A stretch of DNA of 64,000 nucleotides from Anaerohalosphaeraceae bacterium. GTDB taxonomy: Bacteria > Planctomycetota > Phycisphaerae > Sedimentisphaerales > Anaerohalosphaeraceae. The position numbers and the translations under genes are program-made. The stretch is from positions 1-64,000 of the forward strand of contig JBNRMN010000020.1 in NCBI GenBank assembly GCA_050309605.1, written 5' to 3'. The notes under the pieces were generated by a model. It did no database searches. It was given only the letters and a program-made list of their open reading frames with translations, and was not told where the DNA came from. Numbering within the stretch: the first letter of the stretch is position 1; every line of letters starts with the position of its first letter. This document shows, in pieces, positions 30,531 through 39,690 of this stretch.

Positions 30531-32207
30531 TTACCGTATCAAGTTCGTCAGTTCCCGGAGAATATCGGTCGCGACCCGAATGGTTCGCGCGTTGGCCTGA
30601 TAGCCGTTTTGAGCCTGCATCAGCGTAACAAACTCCGTGGCCATATCCACATTGGACCCCTCCAGACTCTGGCCGCGAATCGTGCCGGCGCCGTTGGTGC
30701 CCGCAATGGTGGCAGTGGCGTCGCCCGAGTTGGCGGTCGGCAGAAAATACCCGTTGCCCACGGATTCCAGCCCGTTGGCGTTGGAAAACACCGCCAGTTG
30801 AAGTTGAGCAATATCAATCTTGACACCATTGGTGAACATTCCGATGACCATTCCGCTCTGGTCGATATTCACACTGGAAAGCGAGCCGGACGCATAACCA
30901 TCCTGCGTCAGCGCCCCGGCCGTGGAAGACTGGCCGGAAAACTGCGTCAGACCGGTAAATTCACCCTCGGTCCCCAAATCCAGTGTGATCTCCTGCGGCG
31001 TCGGATTGTTATCAAAACGAACCGAGAATGTCGTGGATTGCCCCGGCGAATTCAGCCCCTTAAAGGAACCGTCTGTATTAAACTCGATGCCGTGAATGCG
31101 CCGATTCAGCGATGAATCATTCAAAATGTCATATCCGCCCCAAGAGGCCTCTGTCTCTCCGCTGACGGATGTGATGACCAGATCCCAGGTGTTCGGCGTA
31201 TCGGTTTTAACGAATGTCCCCGTCAGCACATGCTGTTCGCCCATACTGTCGAAAATCGTGATGCTGAACGTCTTGCTGTCGTTGCCGCCGATGGTGCTGT
31301 AATTAAAATAGCTCGGCAATGACAAACTTTCCGTACCGCCGGGGACATAGCTCAAACCGGTAATCTGGGCCTGACTGTAACCTCTGTCCAATGCGGTCAC
31401 CACGACACGTCCGCTGGAATCCAGCGTCGCCACACTGTTGTTGTAAAGCCCGCTGATTTGATCGAGAATGTCCTCCATTCGCGCATCGGCAGACCACGTA
31501 ATCTCTTCATTTTCAAACGTTGTTCCATCTTCGCGGATGCCGGAAATTAGAATTTTTCCCGATTCGTAGCCGGTCGAACCGCCTGTTCCCCATTGATCCA
31601 GCTCGGACAGCAGCGTCGAGCTGTTGGCGGCGTTGGCCCCCGAATTGGTTGTAAATCCGTTATTGGAGACAATTTTGTTGTAGGTAGCCTGGTTACTGTC
31701 GGCCGACGAACGCAGGTTGCCGTTCATCACAATCTCGCGGGTCGCACTGGCCGGCATGGACGTACCCCATGGAATCTGAATGGTGGAGTTGTCCAACTGG
31801 AGCACCTTGTATCCGGTCGCCGGGTCCACCAGTGTATTATCCGCGTCGATTGCAAACGAGCCGGCGCGAGAATAAACGGCCTGCTGACCATTTGACAGGA
31901 CAAAATAACCCTGACCGTCAATCGCCACATCCAGATCCTGGCCGGTGGATACGATGTTGCCCTGAGTCTGGTTGCGTGCGATGCCCGCCACCTCCACGCC
32001 GCTTCCCGTTTGCAGCGGATTGGTGCCGCCCAGATTGCCCGTCGGCCCGGTGGCGCCTCGAATATTTTGACTGAGCAACTCGGCAAAGGTCACCGAACTG
32101 CTCTTATAACCGGTGGTGTTGACGTTTGCCAGATTGTTACCGGCCACATCCAGCATGGTCTGATGTGCCTTTAATCCTGATACGGCGGCGGATAATGCTG
32201 AGCTCAT
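30531..32207 (-). CDS. flgE: Flagellar hook protein FlgE
   Basis: AVSGLKAHQ..GNNLANVNTTGYK, IFDSMGEQH, QDGYASG, LEGSNVD..AQNGYQANAR. Confidence 0.96.
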   Translation of the reverse strand: MSSALSAAVSGLKAHQTMLDVAGNNLANVNTTGYKSSSVTFAELLSQNIRGATGPTGNLGGTNPLQTGSGVEVAGIARNQTQGNIVSTGQDLDVAIDGQGYFVLSNGQQAVYSRAGSFAIDADNTLVDPATGYKVLQLDNSTIQIPWGTSMPASATREIVMNGNLRSSADSNQATYNKIVSNNGFTTNSGANAANSSTLLSELDQWGTGGSTGYESGKILISGIREDGTTFENEEITWSADARMEDILDQISGLYNNSVATLDSSGRVVVTALDRGYSQAQITGLSYVPGGTESLSLPSYFNYSTIGGNDSKTFSITIFDSMGEQHVLTGTFVKTDTPNTWDLVITSVSGETEASWGGYDILNDSSLNRRIHGIEFNTDGSFKGLNSPGQSTTFSVRFDNNPTPQEITLDLGTEGEFTGLTQFSGQSSTAGALTQDGYASGSLSSVNIDQSGMVIGMFTNGVKIDIAQLQLAVFSNANGLESVGNGYFLPTANSGDATATIAGTNGAGTIRGQSLEGSNVDMATEFVTLMQAQNGYQANARTIRVATDILRELTNLIR

Positions 32208-32248
32208 ACAGTTCTCCTGAAACGGTATTCAGTTCCGGGGTTTTCGGT

Positions 32249-32692
32249 TTATTGTTTTATGCCATCAACGGCATCCAGGCGAACATAAAATGCTTCCATG
32301 GCCTCCGAACCGTCAGGGTGAGTTACCTGACTTTCCACTTCAAGCGTCAGATGGCCCGATTCATTGAAAAAGACGCGATTGACTTTGCCTTCGAGCATCT
32401 GATCGTAATCGTCATAATAATATTCAACGGTTTTGCCCAGCAGGGATTTGGCGTAATCCATCTGTGCCACAAGCATCGCCCCTTCAAAGCTGGAATTCAT
32501 CTTTGACATCGTCTCATTCATTGAATCAATGCTGCCGTTCATTTTCTCGGTCAGTTCCAGTTGCGTAAACTGCGCAAGCTGAGCGGCCATTTGCTGGTTG
32601 TCCATCGGCTCCAGCGGATTCTGATGCCGAAGCTCCGTCACCAGCAGCGTCATAAAGTCAATCTTTTGTTGTGCCGAACTAATCAATGTCAT
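32249..32692 (-). CDS. flgD: Flagellar hook capping protein FlgD (short form)
   Basis: DFMTLLVTELRHQNPLEPMD..AQLAQFTQLE, SLLGKTV. Start set at ATG 32692, downstream of the sigma54 promoter. Confidence 0.92.
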   Translation of the reverse strand: MTLISSAQQKIDFMTLLVTELRHQNPLEPMDNQQMAAQLAQFTQLELTEKMNGSIDSMNETMSKMNSSFEGAMLVAQMDYAKSLLGKTVEYYYDDYDQMLEGKVNRVFFNESGHLTLEVESQVTHPDGSEAMEAFYVRLDAVDGIKQ

Positions 32693-32759
32693 CACGTGAT
32701 TCCCATGTTCATTGCGGTTCACATCGGCCCGAAAAAACACGTTGCCAATAAGGACCGTT

Positions 32760-32775
32760 TGCAATTGGTGTGCCG
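32760..32775 (-). promoter_or_regulatory. sigma54 promoter of the flgD operon
   Basis: CGGCACACCAATTGCA, GG-N10-GC. Confidence 0.75.
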
Positions 32776-32817
32776 CGCCATCGAAAAATATCCCCAGAAT
32801 GATCTTATTTCGCGCAT

Positions 32818-32830
32818 AATCAAAGACTTA
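32818..32830. promoter_or_regulatory. IHF-like binding site
   Basis: AATCAAAGACTTA is an exact WATCAANNNNTTR match, between the sigma54 promoter and upstream palindromes. Confidence 0.55.
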
Positions 32831-32885
32831 CAGAATATTTGCAAAGCTTGCTAAAAGGCGGCGATTGTTTAATCTCTGAATAGTC

Positions 32886-32987
32886 CGGCAAAATTTTCCG
32901 CGCACAGACCTGCTTTAGCCCGCCTAAAACGTCCGATAACTCAACCGGCCGGACAACAAATCTTGTCCAATAAAATTTTTATTGGAC
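32886..32987. promoter_or_regulatory. Palindromes, candidate activator (UAS) or autoregulatory sites
   Basis: CGGCAAAATTTTCCG (32886-32900); GGACAA-N6-TTGTCC (32951-32968); perfect GTCCAATAAAA-T-TTTTATTGGAC (32965-32987). Confidence 0.45.
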
Positions 32988-33092
32988 CGTCCCATAAAAA
33001 ATTAAAGTTTTTCTCCCGGTTAAGCCGACATCATCATTACTTTGGTATCGGAGCAGTATCGAAACGAAAATCCCTTTTTGAGTACAAGGAAT

Positions 33093-34481
33093 ATGGCTGT
33101 TGACAAGATTCTGGTTGTAGGGAAACATCCTGAAGCGCAGCAATTGGCTCGTCCTTTCGCTGCTGAGTTGTATGCCGCCGATGATATCGGAGCCATTCAA
33201 CAGGTCGTCAGCACGATTGAACCGGACGTAATTGTATATGACGCCGCGATACCAAGCGAGGCAATAGCACAAAGCACCCGACTGCTCCAACGCGACAACA
33301 TCCACATCCCCGCCGTCATCATTCGTGAACAAGAGGACAAAGAAGACGAACACACGCTGCGTCAAATCGGTATTCTCAATATTGTTTTCGGCTATGCCGA
33401 CGCACGGCGAATGGGGGTCATCATGGACCGCCTGCTCAACGGTCCGGCCGACAGCGATGACCGTTTTTTTGTTGAGGACTGCCCGCCGGCTGTGTCGATT
33501 GTCGGGAAAAGCGAAGCCATGCAGCGCACCGTCCGGATGATTCGACTGGTGGCTCAAAGCGCCTGCAACCCTATCCTGATTGTCGGCGAAACCGGCACCG
33601 GAAAGGAACTGGCCGCTCAGGCCGTCCACCTGATGCGCTACGGCGACGAGCGTCCATTTGTCGCAGTCAATTGCGCCGCCCTGACTGCCACTCTGCTGGA
33701 AAGCGAGCTGTTCGGCCACGTCAAAGGCGCCTTTACCGGCGCCGAACGCGACAAAACAGGACTTTTGGAGTTGGCCGGCGAGGGAACGATCTTTCTCGAT
33801 GAGATCAGCGAGATGCAGCCTGAGTTGCAGGCCAAGCTGCTTCGCGTGCTTCAGGAAAAGACCTTCCGCAAAGTCGGCGGCAGCGAAGAAATCGAATGCA
33901 AAGCCACAATTGTCGTCTCCAGCAATCGCAATCTGCTCAATGAGGTCGAACAGGGCAAGTTCCGCCGGGACTTGTACTATCGGCTGTCCATTTGTCCGAT
34001 CGCGCTGGCGCCGCTCCGCTGCGAAAGCCGCAGGGACGATATTCTCCTGCTGGCTGAATTTTTCATCCGCAACTCAACTATCTGCCCTGAAAAGAAGGGA
34101 CGCATCAAGGGATTGACCAAGCTGGCCGCCGAGATGCTGCTGCGCCACCACTGGCCGGGCAATGTCCGCGAACTGCGCAATGTCATCGAACGGGCGATTT
34201 TGCTTGAAGCCAGCGACCGGATCGGCACCAGCACGCTCATTCTAAACCCCGAACAGTCGAATCCGCTGCAAACGCCGGAACCCGGAACGGGAGGCCTGAA
34301 GGACTTTTCGCTCGAAAAAGCTGAAAAAGAACTGGTTAAAAAGGCAATGGAGGAGGCCGGCTGGCAAAAAACCCGCGCCGCCTCACTGCTGGGCATCACC
34401 CGCGCGACCCTCTATGCCAAGCTCAAGCAATACAACATCCAGGAACCGGCCCAGGAACACAACGTCCCCCAGCCGGTATAA
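33093..34481 (+). CDS. sigma54-dependent Fis-family activator (FleQ/FlrA-like) with atypical receiver-like N-terminus
   Basis: [37 protein letters not shown]-terminal HTH; AAGGA RBS; divergent from flgD. Confidence 0.92.
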   Translation: MAVDKILVVGKHPEAQQLARPFAAELYAADDIGAIQQVVSTIEPDVIVYDAAIPSEAIAQSTRLLQRDNIHIPAVIIREQEDKEDEHTLRQIGILNIVFGYADARRMGVIMDRLLNGPADSDDRFFVEDCPPAVSIVGKSEAMQRTVRMIRLVAQSACNPILIVGETGTGKELAAQAVHLMRYGDERPFVAVNCAALTATLLESELFGHVKGAFTGAERDKTGLLELAGEGTIFLDEISEMQPELQAKLLRVLQEKTFRKVGGSEEIECKATIVVSSNRNLLNEVEQGKFRRDLYYRLSICPIALAPLRCESRRDDILLLAEFFIRNSTICPEKKGRIKGLTKLAAEMLLRHHWPGNVRELRNVIERAILLEASDRIGTSTLILNPEQSNPLQTPEPGTGGLKDFSLEKAEKELVKKAMEEAGWQKTRAASLLGITRATLYAKLKQYNIQEPAQEHNVPQPV

Positions 34482-34495
34482 CAGCGTACACTCTG

Positions 34496-34537
34496 AATTC
34501 ACAATTCACAATTCACAATTCTAAATTCTATATTCTA
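34496..34537. repeat. 7-bp tandem repeat, 6 units
   Basis: AATTCAC x3, AATTCTA x2, TATTCTA between convergent genes; the last unit contains the exbD stop. Confidence 0.85.
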
Positions 34538-34996
34538 CCTCCCCCGCACCGCCCAGTCCACGTCCGTTGCGGTACTGCGGGCAATCCCTTCGAGGACAGG
34601 ACGGACATTGCCGAATACCGCCGTTCTGTCGCAGCGCAATCGAACGATTCGAGGCTGGTCGGGCGGAGTATCGCGATAATGCTCGTCAATCGCCGCAGTA
34701 ATTAACGCCGACACATCCGCCGCATCGGTCGTATTCAGACGTTCATGGTCCACCGCATACAGCACGTCCGGACCCTGCGGCGCAACGGTCAGCGTCAGCA
34801 ATCGTTGATCTTCCCGCAGCGCCACGGCCGAGACAATCTGTTCGGGAACCTGCACACGGAACCGGTCTGCAACGATAAACTGACAGACCAGCATAAAAAA
34901 GATAATCAGCAGAAACACGACATCGATCACAGGCGTCATATCAAACGCCTCGCCCTCAATGTCCGAAAACCGACGATGCAAAAAACGTCCGGTCAT
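34535..34996 (-). CDS. exbD: Biopolymer transporter ExbD/TolR family
   Basis: DMTPVIDVVFLLIIFFML TM motif; LRCDR..FGNV. Confidence 0.9.
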   Translation of the reverse strand: MTGRFLHRRFSDIEGEAFDMTPVIDVVFLLIIFFMLVCQFIVADRFRVQVPEQIVSAVALREDQRLLTLTVAPQGPDVLYAVDHERLNTTDAADVSALITAAIDEHYRDTPPDQPRIVRLRCDRTAVFGNVRPVLEGIARSTATDVDWAVRGR

Positions 34997-35009
34997 TGGG
35001 TCTCCTGGC

Positions 35010-35858
35010 TTACGAACGCGGCGGTTCGGTCATATACAAAATATCCTGAACACGTTCAGCCTCGTTGTCGTCGGTCTCATCTTGATCGTCTTTTTTCCCC
35101 TTAGACCTTGACCCGGCAGCGTGTCCGGAGGTGTTCTGCTTGGCGGTGACACGTTGAATCTTGAAAATTTGCCCCAGCAGCACATCCGTTTCAATCGCCG
35201 CCTCGCCGATACAAGCCTCGATCCGCGATCGAAAGATGCCGTAGCAGAACAACGCCGGGATCGCGACCATCAGCCCCCAAAACGTCGTCACCAGCGCGAC
35301 CGAAATCGCCGCGGCAAGCTGGTCATAGGCGGGCTGGCCGTCGGTCATTCCCAACAGATTGAACGCCCGAATCATCCCGAAAACCGTCCCGAACAGCCCC
35401 ACCATCGGGGCGACGCTGCCGATAATCTGGCACCACTCGGCCTTTCGCAGCAGCCGCTGACCGATTTCCTGAAGCGACTCGGCCGCAAACTGGCGCACCG
35501 ATGCGGCATCCGAATGAAGCTGCTGGCTCCGCTGAAATGCTCCAATCACCGCACGACTGACCAGCGCGGGACGACGGCCGAACCGCTCGGCCAGCCTGAC
35601 CGTTCCGTATTGAGCCGCATGCGCCGCAATCCGTGAGGCCAAGTCAGCCGGCAGCAAACGCTTCCGCCGTATGCTGAGCATCAATTCAATCGCCAAATAC
35701 ACCACCGCCACCGACATCGGCAGCAGGATAAACCAGACAATCGGCCCGCCGGCCGCGAAGAAATGCTCATACAGGCTCACACCGCCCGGCGCAGAGGCCG
35801 CTGCCGTGAAGAATTTGAGACGTATGGCTGCTTCAGAAACAAAGTATAACATATCCAT
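35010..35858 (-). CDS. exbB: MotA/TolQ/ExbB proton channel family protein
   Basis: GGPIVW, APMVGLFGTVFGMI.AF, ISVALVTTFWGLMVAIPA. Confidence 0.9.
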   Translation of the reverse strand: MDMLYFVSEAAIRLKFFTAAASAPGGVSLYEHFFAAGGPIVWFILLPMSVAVVYLAIELMLSIRRKRLLPADLASRIAAHAAQYGTVRLAERFGRRPALVSRAVIGAFQRSQQLHSDAASVRQFAAESLQEIGQRLLRKAEWCQIIGSVAPMVGLFGTVFGMIRAFNLLGMTDGQPAYDQLAAAISVALVTTFWGLMVAIPALFCYGIFRSRIEACIGEAAIETDVLLGQIFKIQRVTAKQNTSGHAAGSRSKGKKDDQDETDDNEAERVQDILYMTEPPRS

Positions 35859-35878
35859 TTCTTCTCTGTAAGTTTAGC

Positions 35879-35927
35879 ATGGCACGGATGTAAGCACCCG
35901 TGAACACGGCCAAGCAGGCCGTACCGC
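35879..35927. repeat. Degenerate REP-like double hairpin
   Basis: GGCACGGATG-TAAG-CACCCGTG followed by CACGGCC-AAGCA-GGCCGTAC. Confidence 0.5.
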
Positions 35928-36394
35928 AAAAAAACAAACTCCTTGTAAACTATCTCGATTCTTCATCTTGGGGTTGTTTTGGCAATTATACACCGGACTG
36001 TCGATGGCGAAAAGCCCCAAAACCGATTTTAATTTAAGACCCCATTATAAAAAGGTTTATGAATGGAAAATGGCCCCATCAAAGGGATTGACACGTGACT
36101 TTACAAGGAGTTGGACACTCTTCACGAATCCAAAAAGCCAATTCGCACACCCCAGGCAAATCCCGTCACGCCCATGGATACGCACCAATCAATCCCAACA
36201 TCCCATCGCTTGAAGACAAAGCTTACACGTTACGAGAACGTCGTTATTGAAATCAGCGTAAGCAAAATATCCCGACATTTTAAGGGTTTTCCCAATAGCC
36301 ATTTCGAGGGTCTTTTGTAGTATTCAAAGGCATACTGTAACAAATGGCAAATAACCGTATGCCGAAAAATACTTAATCCGGAAAGGAGAAAACC

Positions 36395-37000
36395 ATGTAT
36401 CAGAAAAATGAAATAGTAAAGGGATTGTGTTTGTTTTTGCTGCTGGGCTGCACCGCTCTGGGACAATGGGATTTTCAGGCGTTTTTGACCGGTTCGGCCG
36501 AAGTGCCGCCGAACGATTCCACTGCCACCGGTACGGCAGCACTTGTGCTCAATGCCGAGCAGACCCGCTTGACCATCCATTTGACCCTGTTCGGCCTGGA
36601 TCTTAACGAGGTGACCGGCCTGCATATTCATAATGCTCCGGCAGGCGTCAATGGAGGTGTAGTCTTTGGATTTGTCGGCATCAACAATGATCTTAACGGC
36701 GACTTGGTTATTGACGCCGAAGCCGGAACGGTTTTTTCGGCTTGGGATCTTTCGGAAGGCAATAACACAACCCTGGCGGACCAATTAAACAATCTGTTTG
36801 ACGGCAACCTTTATATCAATGTCCATACACCGGCCCATCCCGGCGGTGAAATCCGCGGACAGATTGTCCCCGAGCCTGCAACCGTAACACTGATGCTGCT
36901 GGGGGGACTTGGGGTGCTCCGAAAACGTCGAGGCGCTTTGCGAAACCGCCCACAAGAAGTCAGGCTGTTTCACACTCGGCAATTACAACCTCTCTTTTAA
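36395..37000 (+). CDS. CHRD-domain protein with PEP-CTERM sorting signal
   Basis: Signal peptide; LTGSAEVPP, HIH.APAGVNG, LYINVHT..PGGEIRGQI; VPEPAT-TM-RKRR. Confidence 0.92.
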   Translation: MYQKNEIVKGLCLFLLLGCTALGQWDFQAFLTGSAEVPPNDSTATGTAALVLNAEQTRLTIHLTLFGLDLNEVTGLHIHNAPAGVNGGVVFGFVGINNDLNGDLVIDAEAGTVFSAWDLSEGNNTTLADQLNNLFDGNLYINVHTPAHPGGEIRGQIVPEPATVTLMLLGGLGVLRKRRGALRNRPQEVRLFHTRQLQPLF

Positions 37001-37017
37001 CGTGAAAGGAAATGACA

Positions 37018-37697
37018 ATGAAAAACAATGCGAACATAATAATATCTGTCTTTCTGATGATCGCGGGCCATGCCCTTGCCGTCTATTCCCATGTTGAAGA
37101 CTGGGAAGGAGGTACGGCGGCCGGATGGACAGGCAATACAACCAGTTCAGTGGTGGTCTATGTTGCAAACGGAGGCAATCCGGATGGCCACATTCAAACA
37201 CGCAGAGGCGGCGTCGATGATTTTGATATTGGCGCCATGACGGATATACCGGATTTCACGGGAAATTACATTGCCGCCGGCATTACCGGCGCATCCGTAG
37301 ATGTGATCTTCATCACGGGCGCTTTTTTGATGGCGCCTGGCTCCGCTTTCGCTATCAGGATGCCGCACAGAACGGCTGGCGCTATCCGCTGACCGCCGTG
37401 TTTCCGGATACCTGGCAGACCTATTCGGTGCTTTTCAATCCCGCGTGGTCCGATTTGGATGCTCGAGCGGCGGGGTGGATTACGGATGATGATGTGGACC
37501 CTGCGGCTGACCCCAGCGCCTCATTTGCGGCAACGATGGCCAATGTCTATACGGTCGAAGTCCGCATTGCAGGCGACGGCAGCCTGATTGCAGGGATTGA
37601 CAATTTCGCCGTTATTCCCGAACCGGCTTCGATTCTGCTTTTCGGGGCAGGGGCAGTCGCCATGATAAAAAAACGGCTTATCCGAATAATGCGTTGA
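37018..37697 (+). pseudogene. PEP-CTERM protein split by a frameshift in a T6 run (pseudogene, phase-variable gene or sequencing error)
   Basis: Signal peptide from 37018 (GAAAGGA RBS). Adding one T at 37323-37328 continues FDGAWLRFRY..VFPDTWQ..IDNFAVIPEPASILLFG..KKR. Confidence 0.75.
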
Positions 37698-37733
37698 CGG
37701 GTTTGTATATCCCGTAACCTGCATGCAAAACGA

Positions 37734-37763
37734 AAAGCCTCGACCTGTTCAGATCGAGGCTTT
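37734..37763. terminator. Probable bidirectional intrinsic terminator
   Basis: AAAGCCTCGA-N10-TCGAGGCTTT between convergent genes. Confidence 0.65.
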
Positions 37764-37799
37764 ATTATTCTGGATATACATCCAAATTGGCAATGCCCT

Positions 37800-39605
37800 T
37801 TATCCGAGTTCGGGGACGGGACCGGCAAGCACTTCATATTCGCGGAAGGTGCTCTTGTCGCCGCTTTTGACCTGTTCGGCCCAGGCCTTGATCTGTGCGG
37901 CGGTGCGGAGGATATAGCGCCGCGCCAGTATTCGTTTGCGCTGAGTCATAGGCAGCTTTTTCGGGGTCTCGGCGTCGCCGGATTCAGCGGCGGCGACCTC
38001 GAACTGCACCGTGCTGGAGGCCTGGCCGCAGAACAGATAGCCGTTGATCAAGGCAATGGCCATATCCACCAGCGGACGTCCGACCAGGTCCATATAATCG
38101 ACGCCCTGTTCCTTAACAAAGTCAATGCACTGTTTGAGCGTTTGTTTGCCCTCGGCCAGCAGAGCCAGGAGGTCTTTGACGCCGTCGGCATAGTCCAGCG
38201 CCGCCAGTTCGTCGAGATATTTTTCGACCGTGCCGCCGCAGACGCCGCGTACCGCCGCGACCACCTGAAGCTGACTGGTACCTTCGTAAATCGTGGTAAT
38301 GCGGGCATCGCGTGCGAGGCGTTCACTGGCATAGTCCCGCATATAGCCGCTGCCGCCGAGCACCTGAATGGCGTCATAGGTCACGGTGTTGCACATTTCC
38401 GAGCAGTAGTATTTGCTCATCGGGGTCAGCATCGCCGCGAGTCGCTTGACCTTGCGCAGTGCCTGCTTGGCCTCTTTGGCCGCAGCCGGGTCGTTGTCGG
38501 GGCTTTCGACGATCTTGTTCAACCCCAGTTCAAAGTCCACCACGCGGCTGGTTTCATAAAGCAGTGCGCGGCCGGCCTCAATTTGCATCTTCATATCAAT
38601 GACCATATCACGCACGGCCGGGAGCTTTTCAATGGGGCCGCCGAACTGCTGTCGGCTGGCCGCATAGTCCCGGGCAATCCGCCAGGCCGCCTCGGCAATA
38701 CCCATCGACTGGCCGGCGATGCCGATACGGGCGCCGTTCATCAAACTCATCACATACGTGACCAGGCCGCGCTGCCGTTCACCAATCAGTCGGCACGGCG
38801 TATTGTCGAAATACAGCTCACAGGTCGGCGAGCCGTGGATGCCCAGCTTGTCTTCCAGCCGCCGCACCTTGACACTCGGACCGCGATCGCAGACGAACAG
38901 ACTCAGCCCCAGACCGCCGCTGCGATCCGGCTCTGAGCGGGCCAGGACGAGCAGTACTTCGCCGCAGCCGTTCGTGATGAACCGCTTGACGCCATGCAGA
39001 TACCAATTGCCGTCGTCATCCTGAAAAGCCCGCAGCTTGACTGCCTGCAAATCCGATCCGGCGTCCGGCTCGGTCAGTACCATCGCGCCGGTCACCTTGC
39101 CGGCGGCAAAATTCGGCAGATAATGCTGCTTGATATCCTCGTCGGCAAAAAAGTGGATCGTCTCGGCGATGCCCTGGAGTCCGAAGATGTTCATCAGTGA
39201 TGCGTCAGCGCGCGAGACGATCTCAATTGCGATGGAGTAAATCAAATTCGGAAAGTTCAGCCCGCCAAATCGATGCGGCAGCGTAAAGCCCATCACATCG
39301 GCCTTGGCCAGCGCATTAAGCGACTCGGCGATGCCTTGGGCATAGCTGACCGTTCCGTCCGGATTCAGGATATTGCCTTGCCGATCAATGTCTTCGCTGC
39401 GCGGCGCAATAAAATCAGCGCTGAGCTTGCCCAGTGCATCGAGCACCAGATCATAATTGGTGATCGCTTCCTGCGCATCCTGGGGAGCGGTTTCAAACTG
39501 TCCGGCGTATTTGAAGCCTTCCTCGGCATAGGCGGCGACTTGGCCGATGTCCAGATGTCTGAACAAAAACTGAATATCGTCGTTATCTCGATAAAAATTT
39601 CCCAT
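37800..39605 (-). CDS. Acyl-CoA dehydrogenase (long form, Etf-associated)
   Basis: AMVLTEPDAGSD, GVKRFITNG, KLGIHGSPT, RQQFG, IQVLGGSGY, ITTIYEGTSQ. Confidence 0.95.
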   Translation of the reverse strand: MGNFYRDNDDIQFLFRHLDIGQVAAYAEEGFKYAGQFETAPQDAQEAITNYDLVLDALGKLSADFIAPRSEDIDRQGNILNPDGTVSYAQGIAESLNALAKADVMGFTLPHRFGGLNFPNLIYSIAIEIVSRADASLMNIFGLQGIAETIHFFADEDIKQHYLPNFAAGKVTGAMVLTEPDAGSDLQAVKLRAFQDDDGNWYLHGVKRFITNGCGEVLLVLARSEPDRSGGLGLSLFVCDRGPSVKVRRLEDKLGIHGSPTCELYFDNTPCRLIGERQRGLVTYVMSLMNGARIGIAGQSMGIAEAAWRIARDYAASRQQFGGPIEKLPAVRDMVIDMKMQIEAGRALLYETSRVVDFELGLNKIVESPDNDPAAAKEAKQALRKVKRLAAMLTPMSKYYCSEMCNTVTYDAIQVLGGSGYMRDYASERLARDARITTIYEGTSQLQVVAAVRGVCGGTVEKYLDELAALDYADGVKDLLALLAEGKQTLKQCIDFVKEQGVDYMDLVGRPLVDMAIALINGYLFCGQASSTVQFEVAAAESGDAETPKKLPMTQRKRILARRYILRTAAQIKAWAEQVKSGDKSTFREYEVLAGPVPELG

Positions 39606-39633
39606 GGTTCATTCCATCCCTTAAATCAATCTG

Positions 39634-39690
39634 CTTATACACGGTCGTCTTGTCCGTGTTCGGCGGGCAGGATGCCCGCGCCACTTATAC
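39634..39690. repeat. REP-like double hairpin flanked by CTTATAC direct repeats
   Basis: ACACGG..CCGTGT plus GCGGGCA-GGA-TGCCCGC-GCCAC; CTTATAC at 39634 and 39684. Confidence 0.55.

Noticed and set aside
33003..33031. sigma28 promoter for the activator (TAAAGTTT...GCCGACAT)
   Set aside because: Spacer is N17 rather than N15; possible but unsupported.
27740..34537. CRISPR array
   Set aside because: Only 7-bp tandem units without spacers; no cas genes in the window.
34535..35858. motA/motB stator genes beside the flagellar cluster
   Set aside because: The small subunit has the ExbD TPxIDVVFLL motif and no OmpA-like peptidoglycan-binding domain.
35880..35895. sigma54 promoter TGGCACGGATGTAAGC
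   Set aside because: GG-N11-GC spacing; better explained as part of a REP-like hairpin.
35968..36320. Small ORFs in the exbB-CHRD spacer
   Set aside because: TTG starts, no recognisable motifs and atypical composition; cannot be supported.
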